Assembly: GCF_964194025.1 (NCBI RefSeq)
Contig: NC_134482.1
Span: forward strand, 7,874,001 to 7,938,000
Length of the DNA stretch: 64,000 nt
Origin: Convolutriloba macropyga
Lineage: Eukaryota
Reading direction: 5' to 3'
A program made the position numbers and the translations under genes. Of the stretch, positions 26,601 to 40,300 are shown one piece after another; the first letter of the stretch is position 1, and the number at the start of each line of letters is the position of its first letter. The notes beneath the pieces are model-generated. The model did no database searches. It saw only the letters and a program-made list of their open reading frames with translations, and was not told where the DNA came from.

Positions 26601-28323
26601 AGTCAGGTTATTTTCACCCTAAGTGATATTTGATATGAGCACACGAAAAATAGACTCCGTATGATTGTAAGTGTTTTCATTGCAAACTTACTGATTATTT
26701 CTTTCGCTTAAAACTAAACAAACCGACGATTTCGTGCGGTTCAAAACAAAACTTACTTCAAAATTTTATATTTTCTTCTGCGTTTGAAAACCCAACGCAG
26801 GGGCGATACCGAAGAAAAAGGGGAAGATGTTCGTCGTTTTTGCTTGGCCAAAACCTAGCATACCGACGATTTCCTGAGCTTAAAATTGAAAATTTTTACT
26901 TTAGGGCATATATAGATTACCAACCTTCGGATTTGCTGAACTCTCAAACTAACGCGTGAAAACCTGTACTTCACCCTCACCGCTACTTCCTGTCTCAATA
27001 CTTTACTCAACACTCCATAGAAGATCAAATTCATAAGACTTGTGAAATTTCCAGCGCACAGAAACCACAGAGTCAAAAAGAACTGCAACGCCGGTTTGTT
27101 CTGAATTGGTCCGTTGAAAGCCGCGAGAAACTGTTTCACAGCAATTGGAATAAATATGATGACGTAGATAATAGCCGTTACTGAAAAGGGTAATGAGCTT
27201 TTCAGCACCGAATATGAAAACTTTGCTTCCATTTCGTGTGAACTGATTTCATCAGACGGGTTCTGGGCTAAAGTAGATATTCGTTTATACTGAACGTAAG
27301 CGCGATACAGAATGAACCCAAACACAATTTGTGAAGCTAGAATAATGATCGTGAACGTTGCATAGAATGGAACTACGACAAATAAAGCTTCTTTGGATAA
27401 TAAACATTTTTGACCATCGTCCGATATTTCAAACCAGTATTTTGGCTGACATCCAGCGCTAAACTTTTCATCAGGTTCCTTTTAAACTGTTTTATTGAAA
27501 AATAATAGTCAAATATATTCACACATTGGTTTGTCGTACATTAGCTTTCGGGCACACATTTTTCGATTTTTGCATAAACTGTTTGTCAATAATTATGCAT
27601 TTAATCAAGACAGCATATTTTATGTTTCACCCGAATACAGCGAGACTTAACCCCCCCCCACCCCCCCCCCCCCCTCCAACAATTATTACATGAGATCTCA
27701 TAGAATGTTGAAAGTGGATGCATCATCTCACTGGATTTTTGGGACCTAATCTTTCAAGATAAATGATCACGCTAAAATGATGTTACTAACTGACCATCAA
27801 CTTACAAGACTTCATTACTGTCCAATGTCCCCAATTAGACAATTTTCATGTCCCCAAAATTGGCAAATTTCAGTTCTAATCTTATAACAAGGGTTTATTT
27901 ATACTCAATTCTTTGGACATTGACTACGTAATGTTTACTCGATCACCATTCGTTCTAACCCTAGTTGAGACGACCGAACCAAAATGGCAAAAAATTTGTT
28001 AAAAATTTTCGATATTTTTGGTTTTAAACGTAAGAAAGCGTCGGTACCTTAGGTGTGTTCGGTAATGTCCGTTTCGAACGCAAAAAAGATTCGGTATGTT
28101 CGGTTTTAGAAGACTTGGTACATTCGGTATTTAAACGTAAGAGATCGTCGGTATGTTCGGTTTTAGACGTGAAAAGTTGTCGGTTTTTTGCAGAGGAAAC
28201 TTTGATTTTTCTGTTCATAATGTGCTCATACGTTGTGTTAGCGTTCCTTATGCACGAATTCTAAACGAACTTCATAAAGATAAATTCTGAAAGATTGTGC
28301 AAAATTATTGAAAATTCTTTTTT

Positions 28324-28358
<35 letters not shown>

Positions 28359-31300
28359 GTCTAATTGAACGAATACCTTTTTCTTGGTCATTTTTCAATT
28401 CGAAAATGTAACATACTTGTTGAGCATTGAAAAAAAATTCTGCTGAATAACTAAAATTCACTGAGTGTTGACACAGTTTATTGTAGTTTACAAGCAGAGT
28501 TATTGACAGATGGTTACGTTTGAAATCGAACTTACCGAAGGGTTTTTGTTCTCACTGCCGAACTAATCTGCGGTTAAAACACACAAGATAAACGTTTACG
28601 GTATTTCTCTCAACAATACCTAATCTCATACATTTGAAAAACGACGATACCAAATCTCTCTTACGTTTTAAAAGTGAACCTACCGAATCTCTCTTACATT
28701 TGAAATATATGTGCACGATAACTATATTTCTTATATGTTGTTTAACGATAAAAGCCCAATGTCTGATTGCATTCATTTTTTGCGCATCAAGACAAAATCG
28801 GAAAAAAACATCCAAAAACATGCGATAAACGGCATCAGAAAAAATGCTTACATCTCTTTATTTTCTCAAAACTACTAAAAGTTTTCTGATCTTTATCTGA
28901 TTTTCTGTTTTCACGTCAAGAGTAAGTTAAAGTTGTTTAATAAAAGTCACTGCTTCAAAACCGTTAAAATAATATGCTGTTTCAATCATTTTGAAAAGAC
29001 CTCAATGGCTAAGCTGTGCAAGAAGTGTAACACAGCGTTACCTTGCCGCAAGTTCAATTCGGAGGCCAGCTGATAAATTTCAATATTTCATCCAAGACTC
29101 TGATTGGGTGTGAAATTTCAAATTTTAGCAGTGAAGTTTAATCACTTCACTGCTAAAATATGAAATTTCACAACCAATCAGAGCCTTGGATGAAATATTG
29201 AAATTAATCAGCTGGCCTCCGAATTTAACTTACGGCAAGGTACCGCTGTGTTATACATCTTGCACAGCTTAGCCATTGAGGTCTTTATTTGAGAGGTGCT
29301 TAATTAAGAGGTGAATTCTGAAAAATTCACCACATTCGCCCATATTTGTCAACAGAAAAAAATCTTAAGTAATCTTAACGGTGAGCCTAGAAATGATTTT
29401 TAAACCAATTACCATATAATTGCTGCATTCCAAGTTAGGGAATTATTGAACTCAATTTTTCTGATGTGGTCCTCCACAGTTAGTTCCGGGTTATGAACAC
29501 AAAAATGTAGTTATAACCTCATCCTGTGTAATTCTCAAAATCCAAAACACTTATTTGCACGATAATCGGCAATGGTAGCATTATATTTTCAATTCCCTGT
29601 GACCACTCATTTAAACGTTAGATGTCAAAAACAGGTATAGACCAGACCGAACAGACCTATTTCATTTATGGGCCAAACCGAGCAGCGCAACCCAAAATTT
29701 GTCCAGACTATGAGCTTTCCGCTACCCACTGTCCGCCAGGAACCCCCAATATGGGTAGAACTGGGTCAGGAACCCTCAATATGGGTAGATCTGGGTTTAG
29801 CAAAAAACGCTGATTTTTTTACAATTCAAAGAATTTGAATTGTATTGGGGCGCTGTCTTTTTTTTTTAAGATTTGTTCACCCATTTTAATGATTTTTGAA
29901 GTCAAATTGGAGTAGTGATTTTGGTCACGCCGAAACAGGAAATGGAGCGAAAAAGCGAGTGGTTTTGCGGCGTGAAATTTTTTCGCTCTAAATTTAAAGT
30001 AGAGTGAGAAGACGGTGTTTGAACAAAAATTCGGTTTCTCGGTAGTGGTTTTTTGTTCACATGCGGCAATTTCACTCTGATTTTTACTGTTTTTTCGATT
30101 TTATAGATAGGATTTTTTTTCTAAATGGTTTTCATAATCAATTCACAGCTCATTCTAGGCCTAGTTTTTTGTTTGAATTAAATTTTCATTTCTCGCTAGT
30201 GGTTTTTTTTGTTCACGTGCGGCATTTTGATATTGATTTTCTGTTTATTTCTTATTTTTTTGTTCTGATTTTTTTAAATGTTTTTCTCAATTCACTCATA
30301 GTCCATTCCAGGTCTAGTTTTTCTGTTTAGTCAATGATAATTCTTTGAATTGTACGTCAGGACTTGTCCTGCTATGTTTTTTAATTTCATAACAAAATTA
30401 CAAAAGGAAACTGAGTATTCCCTGAAAATGTAGGTTTTGTTGTAAGTGACTGGAAATAGGTCGGAGCGTGCATAGAGAATGAGGGTGATAAGAGCACCAG
30501 AAGGCCACGTGATCACGTTTAGAATGTAGAACAACTTCTGTTTGTTCACAGACGTGGTGTGGAGGTTCAACAGAACACAACAAAGCAGAACGAAAGACCT
30601 AAAAAATCTAAGATTTTCAATATTTTACCCCCCTCCCAATCACCCAAATTTCGCAACCATATCCGAGAACCATAAAAGTCTCAGAATCAATAGATAGAGT
30701 TCCTGAATTATTTTTTTCCAAAATTTGACATTCACACCAGTTTTAGCTTTCGGGAAGAGAAATGTGACGCAAACGCAAATTATGCAAATTTAACTTGTTA
30801 GAATATCGATCAAACTATAGTCTTAAACTTAGTGAGAATTAGAAAGAAAGTTTGACTTACCAGATTAGAAAGACAAGCAATATGACTTCGATCAAAGAAA
30901 TTATATAAATGAATCGTCAAGAAATGGCGCTGAGAATCAATATTCGGTTTAAATTGGTGAATCTAGATAACTATTATTAGAGTTAGATTAAGTGATGTAA
31001 AATCTTCCCAGCATGTATTAAATGATGATGATATCTCCGGAAGTGTGAATGAATTCTTAGAAAAGTGCAAATGCATTCCATTTATGGTTCCCTTTGCGAC
31101 TGATTTGCAGAAGCAAACCATATTGGGTAACCCTTGCTACCCCCACTATAAATCACGGTGCTAAGATTAGTTTTGTATCTTGACTTTTTCACACTGATAA
31201 TGGGTATATATACAGCTGATTGTTGAGTCCTTTTTGATCCGCAAACTCAAATCACCATCTTGATCTAATAATCAGATCTCTCCTGTAAATCTCTAAATTC

Positions 31301-34300
31301 TACTTTAAAACATCATTTTGATATTCTCTCATTTTTGAGAAATTAATTCTTTTACTTAGTTAAAAACGCTTTTTATTCCGCTTGCGAAAGTCCATAACCC
31401 AACAGGTTATGGGCCCAGCAATTTTCTAAGTCATAAAATGGATTTCCAAAACAAAACCAATTTGTTGTTGACAGTCATAATCCTTCTCTGCTTAGTACCT
31501 TTTCTTTTCACAACTGTTTTGCCTGCTCAAACTCCAATGGATCAACAGACAGTGAAGCTGCTGACCTACACAGGAAAGGCACAGGACTTTCCAATCTGGA
31601 GCTCAAGATTTGTGGCGATGATGCAGACGAAGGGACTCTAAAAATCACTACTGGGGACAGAGGAGCAACCCAATGAGCCTGCGCCACTGGCCAATGGGGC
31701 AACCAATGATGAGAAGAAGAACCACAAGGTGCTGAAGGATGCATATGAGAAGGAAGTTGCAGACATCAAGGAGAAACGGAACAATGTGTGGTGCCATTTG
31801 GCACTGACTCTAGATGCAACAACCCTCATGCTGATGAGACATGACTGTGTGGGAGATGACGGCATTGGAGATGGAGCAAAGGCTTGGAAGTTTTTGCAAG
31901 AGAGATTTCAGAGTGTGGAGACGCCGACAGTGGTGACTTTAGTGGCACAGCTTGCTCGACTGCAGCTCGAGGATTCTGAGGATTTGGACAGCTTCTTCAT
32001 CAGAGGACAGGAGTTGCTCACAAGGCTACAAGAAGCAGGGGAAGCAGTCTCAGAGACCCTCTTCAACGTCTTGGTCCTCAATGGTCTGACAATGAGGTAT
32101 GAAAGTTTTGTTATACAGAAAAGCTTCAACCCGGCAACGAACTTCACAGAGTTGAGGAAAAGGCTGCAGAACTTTCATGAGAGCACGGTGCAGAGACACA
32201 AGGGACAAAGTGGTTCAGTGGCACTGGCAGTGAAGCGTGACTTCATGAAGGGACCCAAGAAAGGAAACTGCTTTGTGTATGGGATCCCTGGACACATTGC
32301 CAAGGACTGCAGGAAGAAGGAGACAGCACAATGCAGCAAGTGTGGTGAGAAGGGTCACCTAGACAGGGCACGCAAGAGACGAAGAGATGGAAGCAAACAT
32401 GAGTCAGTGGCAATGGGTCCAACATTGGCTACACCAGACGAGGAATGCTGGGCAGCTCTTGCCCAGTGGAAGACAGCAAGCATGCTAGTGGACAGTGGTT
32501 GTACAGATCACATAGTGACGAATATCGATGCGTTCCTGGACTTTGTGCCCATTCAATCACGGAGAGGCTTCCAGAGTGGTGGGCAGAGGCTGTGTGAGGA
32601 TCAGCATACCATCAAACAAAGGGGAATTCCAATGCGAACTCAAAAATGTTCTGTGTGTGCCGGACTATTCTTCAAACCTCCTTTCAGTCTCAAGAGGCAC
32701 GGAGTGGGGACATAGCTTCACTTTCGAGAGAGGAAACAGCTGCATGAAACTCCAGAAGGGAACTCGGGTAAAACTAACACAAGAAAATGTTTTGTTTTAC
32801 TTACCCTGCAGCGTTCTAGAATTCAAGATGAGTTCCAACAGCGTGAAACTTGACAGTGCAAGGAAGTGGCACAGAAGATTGGGTCATTTGAATCAAGCGG
32901 ATGTGGTCAGGAATGCACCAGAGACAGTAGGGGAACTCGATGATGTATGCAATATGTGTGCATTGGCCAAGATCACAAAGACTCCAGTACCAAGAGTGGC
33001 AGAGACCCAAGCAGAGGAGAAGCTGGAGAGGGGGTTCACAGACGTGATGGGACCTTTCAGAGTAGAGTCACTGTCAGGGTTCCGGTTCTGCATAGTGTTT
33101 GCAGACCAGTACACGAAGTTTGTGTTTGTGGACTTGCTTAAGGCAAAGAGTGAAGCACTGGCCAGCCTGAAGAAATTTGTTCTCAGTGTGGGGACGCCCA
33201 AGAAGCTGAGGCAAGACAATGCGAAGGAGTTTCTCTCAGAGCAGTTCAAGACGTAATGCTTAGATGCAGGCTTTCTACAGGAAAAGACCATACCAGAGAC
33301 GCCACAACAGAATGGGTTTGCTGAGAGGTGCAACAGGACACTGCTGGAGATGGCAAGATGTTTGCTCATTGACTAAAGACTTCCCAAGATGATGTGGGGA
33401 GCAGCAATTCTTCACGCAACAAGGATCAGAAACTTGGTTGTGAGACAAGGAGAAGAAAAATGCCCAGCAGAGCTGATGAGAGGTATAAAACCTAAGCTTT
33501 CAATTAGTAAATTATCTATTTTTGGTTGCACAGTCTTCATGAGGAAGAGGGACAGAGAAGTCAGCAAACTTGAACCCAAGGCACTGGAAGGAAAGTTTTT
33601 GGGTTACACTGAAGGAGAAAACGGATACCCGGTGTACATATCCAACACACGCAAGGTGATGGCAGTTCGAGATGTGATCATCAAGGATTCCGAAGTGGGC
33701 TCAATCCCTGACAACAAAGAAACGGCTGACCTACTAGATGATGGGTCGGAACTGGGTATCTGGCACCCAGATGATGGTCATCAAGATGATGACAACAGAG
33801 AACGACAGGACACATCTACTGCAATAAAGGAGGAGTGGCATGACGCAGGGAGCGTGAATACTCAAGAAACAACACTGAGACAAGAGGCCTCGGATGTTGG
33901 AGAAACAGCACTAGATGAAGGATCTACTGCAAGAAGAGGGAGTTACAGAGACTCAGAGTCACTGGAAGACAGTGACACAGAAGACTTCTCACAGTTAGAG
34001 ACAGTTGGGCCGTACGAGGGCCGGACTGAGCAGAGCCCGGACGAGGGACACGAGCAAGGAATGTTCCGCAATTTTTTGGAGAAGTCAGGACCCATCTTGT
34101 TGTGACTGAGGGCGACTATGTGGAACCCAAAACAGTCTATGAAGCCAAGCAAGGTGACGATTGGGACCAGTGGCACCGGGCAATGAAGGACGACGTCAAG
34201 GCACTCCAAGACAACGAGACTTGGAACCTAGTGAGACCACCCACAGACAGGGACGTCATACCCGGCAAATGGGTCTACAAAGTGAAATTGGGACCCAGTG

Positions 34301-37300
34301 GTCAAATGGACAAATACAAAGCGCGCTATGTGGCGAAAGGCTTCAAACAAGTGGAAGGACTGGACTATTTTGAGACTTTTGCGCCTACCTGTAAGCCAGA
34401 GACATTCAGGATTCTACTTCAGCTATCAGCGATGCAGGGCCATGTGATGCACCAATTTGATGTCAAGACTGCTTTCCTGCACTCACCAATCGAGGAAGAA
34501 GTGTATCTGGAACAGCCACAGGAGTTTGTAAAACGCGGATCAGATGGGGAGAAGTTAGTATGTCGACTAAATAAATCAATTTATGGTTTGAAACAGGCTG
34601 CCAACAACTGGTACAAAGAGCTGGCAAACTTCCTACTGAGACAGGGGTTCACCAGAAGCAGGAACGATCACTGCTTGTTTGCAAGATCAGAGGCAGAGGA
34701 TCACACCTTCATCTTGGTCTGGGTTGACGACATCATAGTAGCATCAGGAAGTATGACAGTGGTCTCTGATGTCACGAAGGCACTAGAACTAGAAGCAACC
34801 TTTCACATGGAAGACAGAGGGAGACTACACTGCTTTCTGGGTCTAAGAATCAGACGAGAAGAGGGCAAAGTCACAGTCGACCAAGAACGCTACATAGAAA
34901 CAATGCTTGAGCGGTTTCAAATGGATCAATGCAAACCCTCAAGAACTCCAGCTGATCTGAATTTGAAACTTCAGACAGCACAGAACGGAGACGAAGAAGT
35001 GGACCAGAGGACTTACAGAAGCTTGGTTGGACCACTTCTGTATCTGGCCAAACAGACGAGGCCAGACATCATGTTCACAGTCAACATTCTGTCCAGACAC
35101 ATGAATGCACCTACCAATCAACACTGGATGTGCGGAAAACGACTTCTGCGATATCTTCAAGGTTCAAAAGGTTTAAAACTTACTTACACAAAAGAGGCTA
35201 GTTATGATTTAGTGGGGGAAAGTGATGCAGACTGGTCTGGAGACGTGAATGACAGAAAATCAACAACGGGCTATTATTTCAAGCTCAACGGACGTGGCGC
35301 AGCACTCATCTGGGGTGTCCAGAAGCAGGCCACAGTTGCTCTTTCTTCATCAGAAGCAGAAAATCAGGGCCTGGCAGCAGCAGTTCAGGAAGCACTCTAC
35401 CTGAAACAACTTCTAGAGGATTTTGGCATCCAACAGAAACGTCCAATAGCAATTGGAGAGGACAACCAAATTTGTATCAGACTTTGCCAAAACCCAGTCA
35501 TGCACAAGAGGAGCAAGCACATCGAGACAAAGTTCCACTTCATTCGTGACAAGACTGAGGATGGGACTATTTCAATTCATTACGTCCCTACAGACAAAAT
35601 GGCAGCGGACATCTTCACAAAGTCCTTACCCGTTTCGAAAGTGGAAACATTCAGAGCAGTTTTGATGGGAGCAGACTCTACGCAATCAGCTCAAGTCTGA
35701 GTGGGGGTATTAGAATACCGATCAAACTATAGTCTTAAACTTAATGAGAATTAGAAAGAAATTTTGACTTACCAGATTAGAACGACTAGCAATATGACTT
35801 CGATCAAAGAAATTATATAAATGAATCGTCAAGAAATGGTGCTGAGAATCAATATTCGGTTCAAATTGGTGAATCTAGATAACTATTATTAGAGTTAGAT
35901 TAAGTGATGTAAAATCTTCCCAGCATGTATTAAATGATGATGATATCTCCGGAAGTGTGAATGAAATCTTAGAAAAGTGCAAATGCATTCCATTTATGGT
36001 TCCCTTTGCGACTGATTTGCAGAAGCAAACCATATTGGGTAACCCTTGCGACCCCCACTATAAATCACGGTGCTAAGATTAGTTTTGTATCTTGACTTTT
36101 TCACACTGATAATGGGTATATATACAGCTGATTTTTGAGTCCTTTTTCATCCCCAAATTCAAATCACCATCTTGATCTAATAATCAGATCTCTCCTGTAA
36201 ATCTCTAAATTCTACTTTAAAATATCATTTTGTTATTCTCTCATTTTTGAGAAATTAATTCTTTTACTTAGTTAAAAACGCTTTTTAATCTGCTTGCGAA
36301 AGTCCATAACCCAACATAACTCCCCGGGACGACCAAAAAATTTTATCCTAGAATTTTTCTTTCATGGATAATGTCCTTATAATGTCACAGAAGCTCAGAA
36401 ATTGTTGGCTGAAAACAAAATCACAAATAATAGAATCAACTTTGGCTACCGTTGCAATTCTCTGGATCGCATCTACAAGATTATTATTCGGGGTTGCAGA
36501 AAATTGGTATCTTCTGTTAATTACTGGCCTCAGGATCCAAATACCAACATGATTAGAACTATCGTGTTATCTATGAAGGATAGAAGTTATAGTGTTTCAT
36601 GATCCGAAATTCGCGGACACAAGTAGTATGAGCAAACTTGTATTTAATGACCTAATGACCCCCCCCCCCATTATGTTATGTCTAATCATATTTCCAGGAA
36701 TTTAACCCTGGTGTCTTTAAATTCTCATTTATTTGTTCTTTTATCAATAGAAAACGCTATTTGCTATAATAGTCCAAAAATGGTCATTGAGGCGTTTAAA
36801 AATTTACAGAAGTCTCTAATATCAATCTGAGCATTCTCTTAACGCCTCAGCTCAGACTCGTTTCAGATCATTGTCACCATTTTTGTGCGTTCAATATGAG
36901 ATCCTAACACTTTAATTTCCAGTGCAATCCCCTCCCATGTACGCTTGAATATGGTCTGATCAGAGGTCGCTATAACCTGGTACCTCATGCTGGAATCCAT
37001 TGTACTTACCAACATAAAGACCAGGTGTATGATGTGTTCTCAAGGAAAGTAACAGTTGCACAAACTGGATTGGTTGAGTTTTTTGCCTTGTCCCAGTGTG
37101 ATCTGTTCACACTTGCAGTTGCAGTTGAGAGAGTGAAGACAAAGTCAGACAACACAATCATAGCTATAGCCTGAATCGACAAGAGACTCTCCGTTCTTCA
37201 TGGACAAAGGCTATTTTCGTTCTAACAACAATAATTCATGTAAATTTTTTTCAAGGTGTCGTCCTCGAGGTTTGTTTTGTTATTTTGGTTACTTGGTTAC

Positions 37301-40300
37301 ATATGATTTTACCAGGTCTTTCCCGTTATAGCCCCAATGGATTCATAGCCTCCATGATTGTATATTTACTATGATTGGGAGGCTCTAGCTTATCTGACTA
37401 CTAAGGTGGGGGTGGGGTGGGGTGGGGTGGGGGCTATAAGGGAGAAACCCATTATAACAGTAGCCGTTTAAAATTGTCTACGTTTCATTTTAGCGGTGAT
37501 GATCCACTTCTACAGAAATGTCTAAATTTTTGACCGGCAATCGTGCGTTCCTGTGAGAAAAATAACTGAAATTGAACATTGAAATTGAGCTGGAAAAAAA
37601 CGTATCTGAAAGACATCAGTTAAAAAAGCTTTGCAGTAGGTTCAAAGATGCATGCAACCCAGGTTAAATTCCAAGACAATATCAAGTTCTGATGTTCTTA
37701 TCTCACCACACACCAAACTTTTCTCGTGTGAATCACACAAAAATCGTGTATTTTTGGGAGAAAAGTTACACACGAAAATTTGCCCAGTTACATGATAAAT
37801 AGTGTATTTTACTCAATTCTCTCGGCCTTATTCTCATGGATTATCGCGTTATCCACACAAAAAAATGGTGCGAAAAGAACCCGATTTTTTTAGTAAAAAA
37901 TACAATTTTTTGCTGAAAAACCACACAAAATTCTCACGTGAAAACACACGATAATTCGCGTAAAATTCACATGATTTCTCATGTTTTTCAACAGTGTTTA
38001 TCGTGTGCTTTCACACAACGATTTTGTGTGATTTCTCGTGATTTCTCACATGATTTCTCATGTTTTTCAACAGTATTTATCGTGTGCTTTCACACAACAA
38101 TTTTGTGTGATTTCTCATGATTTCTCACATGATTTCTCATGTTTTTCAATAGTATTAATCGTATGCTTTCACGCAACAATTTTGTGTGTTTTTAAGCAAA
38201 TAATCGTATTTTGGCACAAAAAATCGGGTTTTTTTACACTAATTTTTCCTGTAAATCCTTTTCAATTGATTCCTCTTTTGAGTGAATATCGGCCAAGGCA
38301 TAAACTCCCGAAGGAAACGCTTCATAATACGCTCATTCGTAGGAGGAAAAATTGCACGTGTGAAATCACTCGAGATGCAATTTTCACACAAAAAATTGTA
38401 TAAAGTTTGATCAAACAAGAAAAAATCATGTGATTTCACAGACGAAATTTTAAGAAGAGTGCATCGTTGATATCAGGAAGCAGAAAAATGCGCTCAAAAT
38501 TACACTGCCTGAACTTTTTCGATCGCACAAAAGTATGGGAAATGGGTTCAATTTAGTTCTGTCAGAGGCCGCAATTGTCCTAATGAGCATACAATGGGCC
38601 TTAATGGTCCAAATGGGCATACTTTTTTCATTTGAACTGATCACAACCTAAGACTCAAATAGCTAAAAACAGTTGCTTATGAAAAACGTTCTACGCTTAT
38701 CTCCTGTTCCAGCAACAAAGCCATAAGTATTTCATTTTAAACGTACTGCTAAGATTGTAAAAAAATATCTAATTTTAGTTCCGTATTATGCATTACAACT
38801 AAATTTTAGATCGAAATATTGCTTCACTGATGACAAGTTTCAATTTTGTCATACGTTTTCCGTGCGGATGTTGAATAACAAAAATATAGGTTCAATTTTC
38901 ATATAGTTTCCCATTACAACAAACAAAAATTAAGATGTACCTCAAAAAAATCTTATTCGGGCAAGCAATTCTCGAGTCAAAAAGCTAATCTAACCCCCTC
39001 TAAGTACGACTTCTTTACTACAAAATGCGGTTTATCGGAAACCATTTGACATAAAATTGCAAATTTAGAAAGATGTTCATTTAAAATTGGATAATAAAAA
39101 TTGATAATAAGACTTGCGGAAAACGATGTTATTTAGTCATTTTAAGTTTTGCTACCTTGTAAGGCATGATATTTTTCATGTTTTAAGAAAGTCAAACGAA
39201 ACTATGTACAACGGAGACAGTTTTGTCTCCATTTTTAGTCTCGCCTCATCAGATTAAAAGTAATTTTCACTGAATGTGTCGCTGGAGACGCCAATTTTTC
39301 TAAATGAACATATTGTATTGAAAAAAAATTTTTAACGCTAGTCTCTGCTCAGAATATTTTGAGCGCGAAAGTATCGGATCAAAGACATCTTTGAGTGACA
39401 TTACTCTGATGACAGACATGGTTTATCGCATATGCGTCTATGACGCACGGAAATTTCTAGTCCCAGTGATTTGGATATTATGATCAGAGGCGGTTTGGAG
39501 AGCAAAGTTTTGATGTGAACCGAATTCAAGCGCACAAATTTGAACAAGAAAGTTTTTTTGTGTCGACCCGGACTGCACGTCAAGTCCTAATCAGAACTGA
39601 TTCAGTGAAAATGCAAATGATGCATGAGTACTGAATCAGAGCTCTGATCATGTCACCTCTTAGACTTGGCACGTCTTGAATCAAGTCTTTAGTCTAGGCA
39701 GGTCTTAGCCAAAACTTGACAATTCTTGCAGAAGTCTTGGCCACTCCTTGACAAGTCTTGTATCAGTTGTTGAGCACCGATTTTATTGTTGGTTTGCTTT
39801 TGCTTTCGCTTAGTAACGAAAGAAGTCGCCAGTTACAGCGGCCTGCCTGAAAAATTCTCCAAAGTGAAAAAAAAGAAAACACGAGCACTTCTAAAAAGTT
39901 CACTTGATACAGAATGAAAAAAGTTCTGATATCACCCGAAGACACCAGTGATGGCCAATTTCTTTTGCCTACTCTACTTTGCCTAACTGTGCAATAATCA
40001 AGACTTGTCAAGTCTGGCCAAGACTTGACTCAAGACTTGCCAAGTCATCGTCAAGACTTGACTTAGACTTGACAAGTAAATGAGTTTGTCTTGACCTGTC
40101 TTCACAAGTCTTAAGACATGAGATAAGACGTTATCATAACTGATTTGTCGATTCAAGACTTGTATTTTACTCGAGAAGATCTGATAAAGACTTGAATTTC
40201 GTTCAGGGGAGCCTACAGTAGCACAACAGTGAGGATAACGGTCTTGGTTGCGGGAGTTGAGGAGTCTATATTACCCAATTGGAGACGACAATTACCTCAA

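Larger units (their letters stand above)
30796..36316 (+). mobile_element. Full-length Ty1/Copia LTR retrotransposon (disabled)
   Basis: LTRs 30796-31404 and 35708-36316 (609 bp, ~18 mismatches by hand count). TAACT TSD on both sides. PBS GGTTATGGGCCCAG, PPT gagtggggg. Domain order Gag-PR-INT-RT-RH. Confidence 0.98.
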
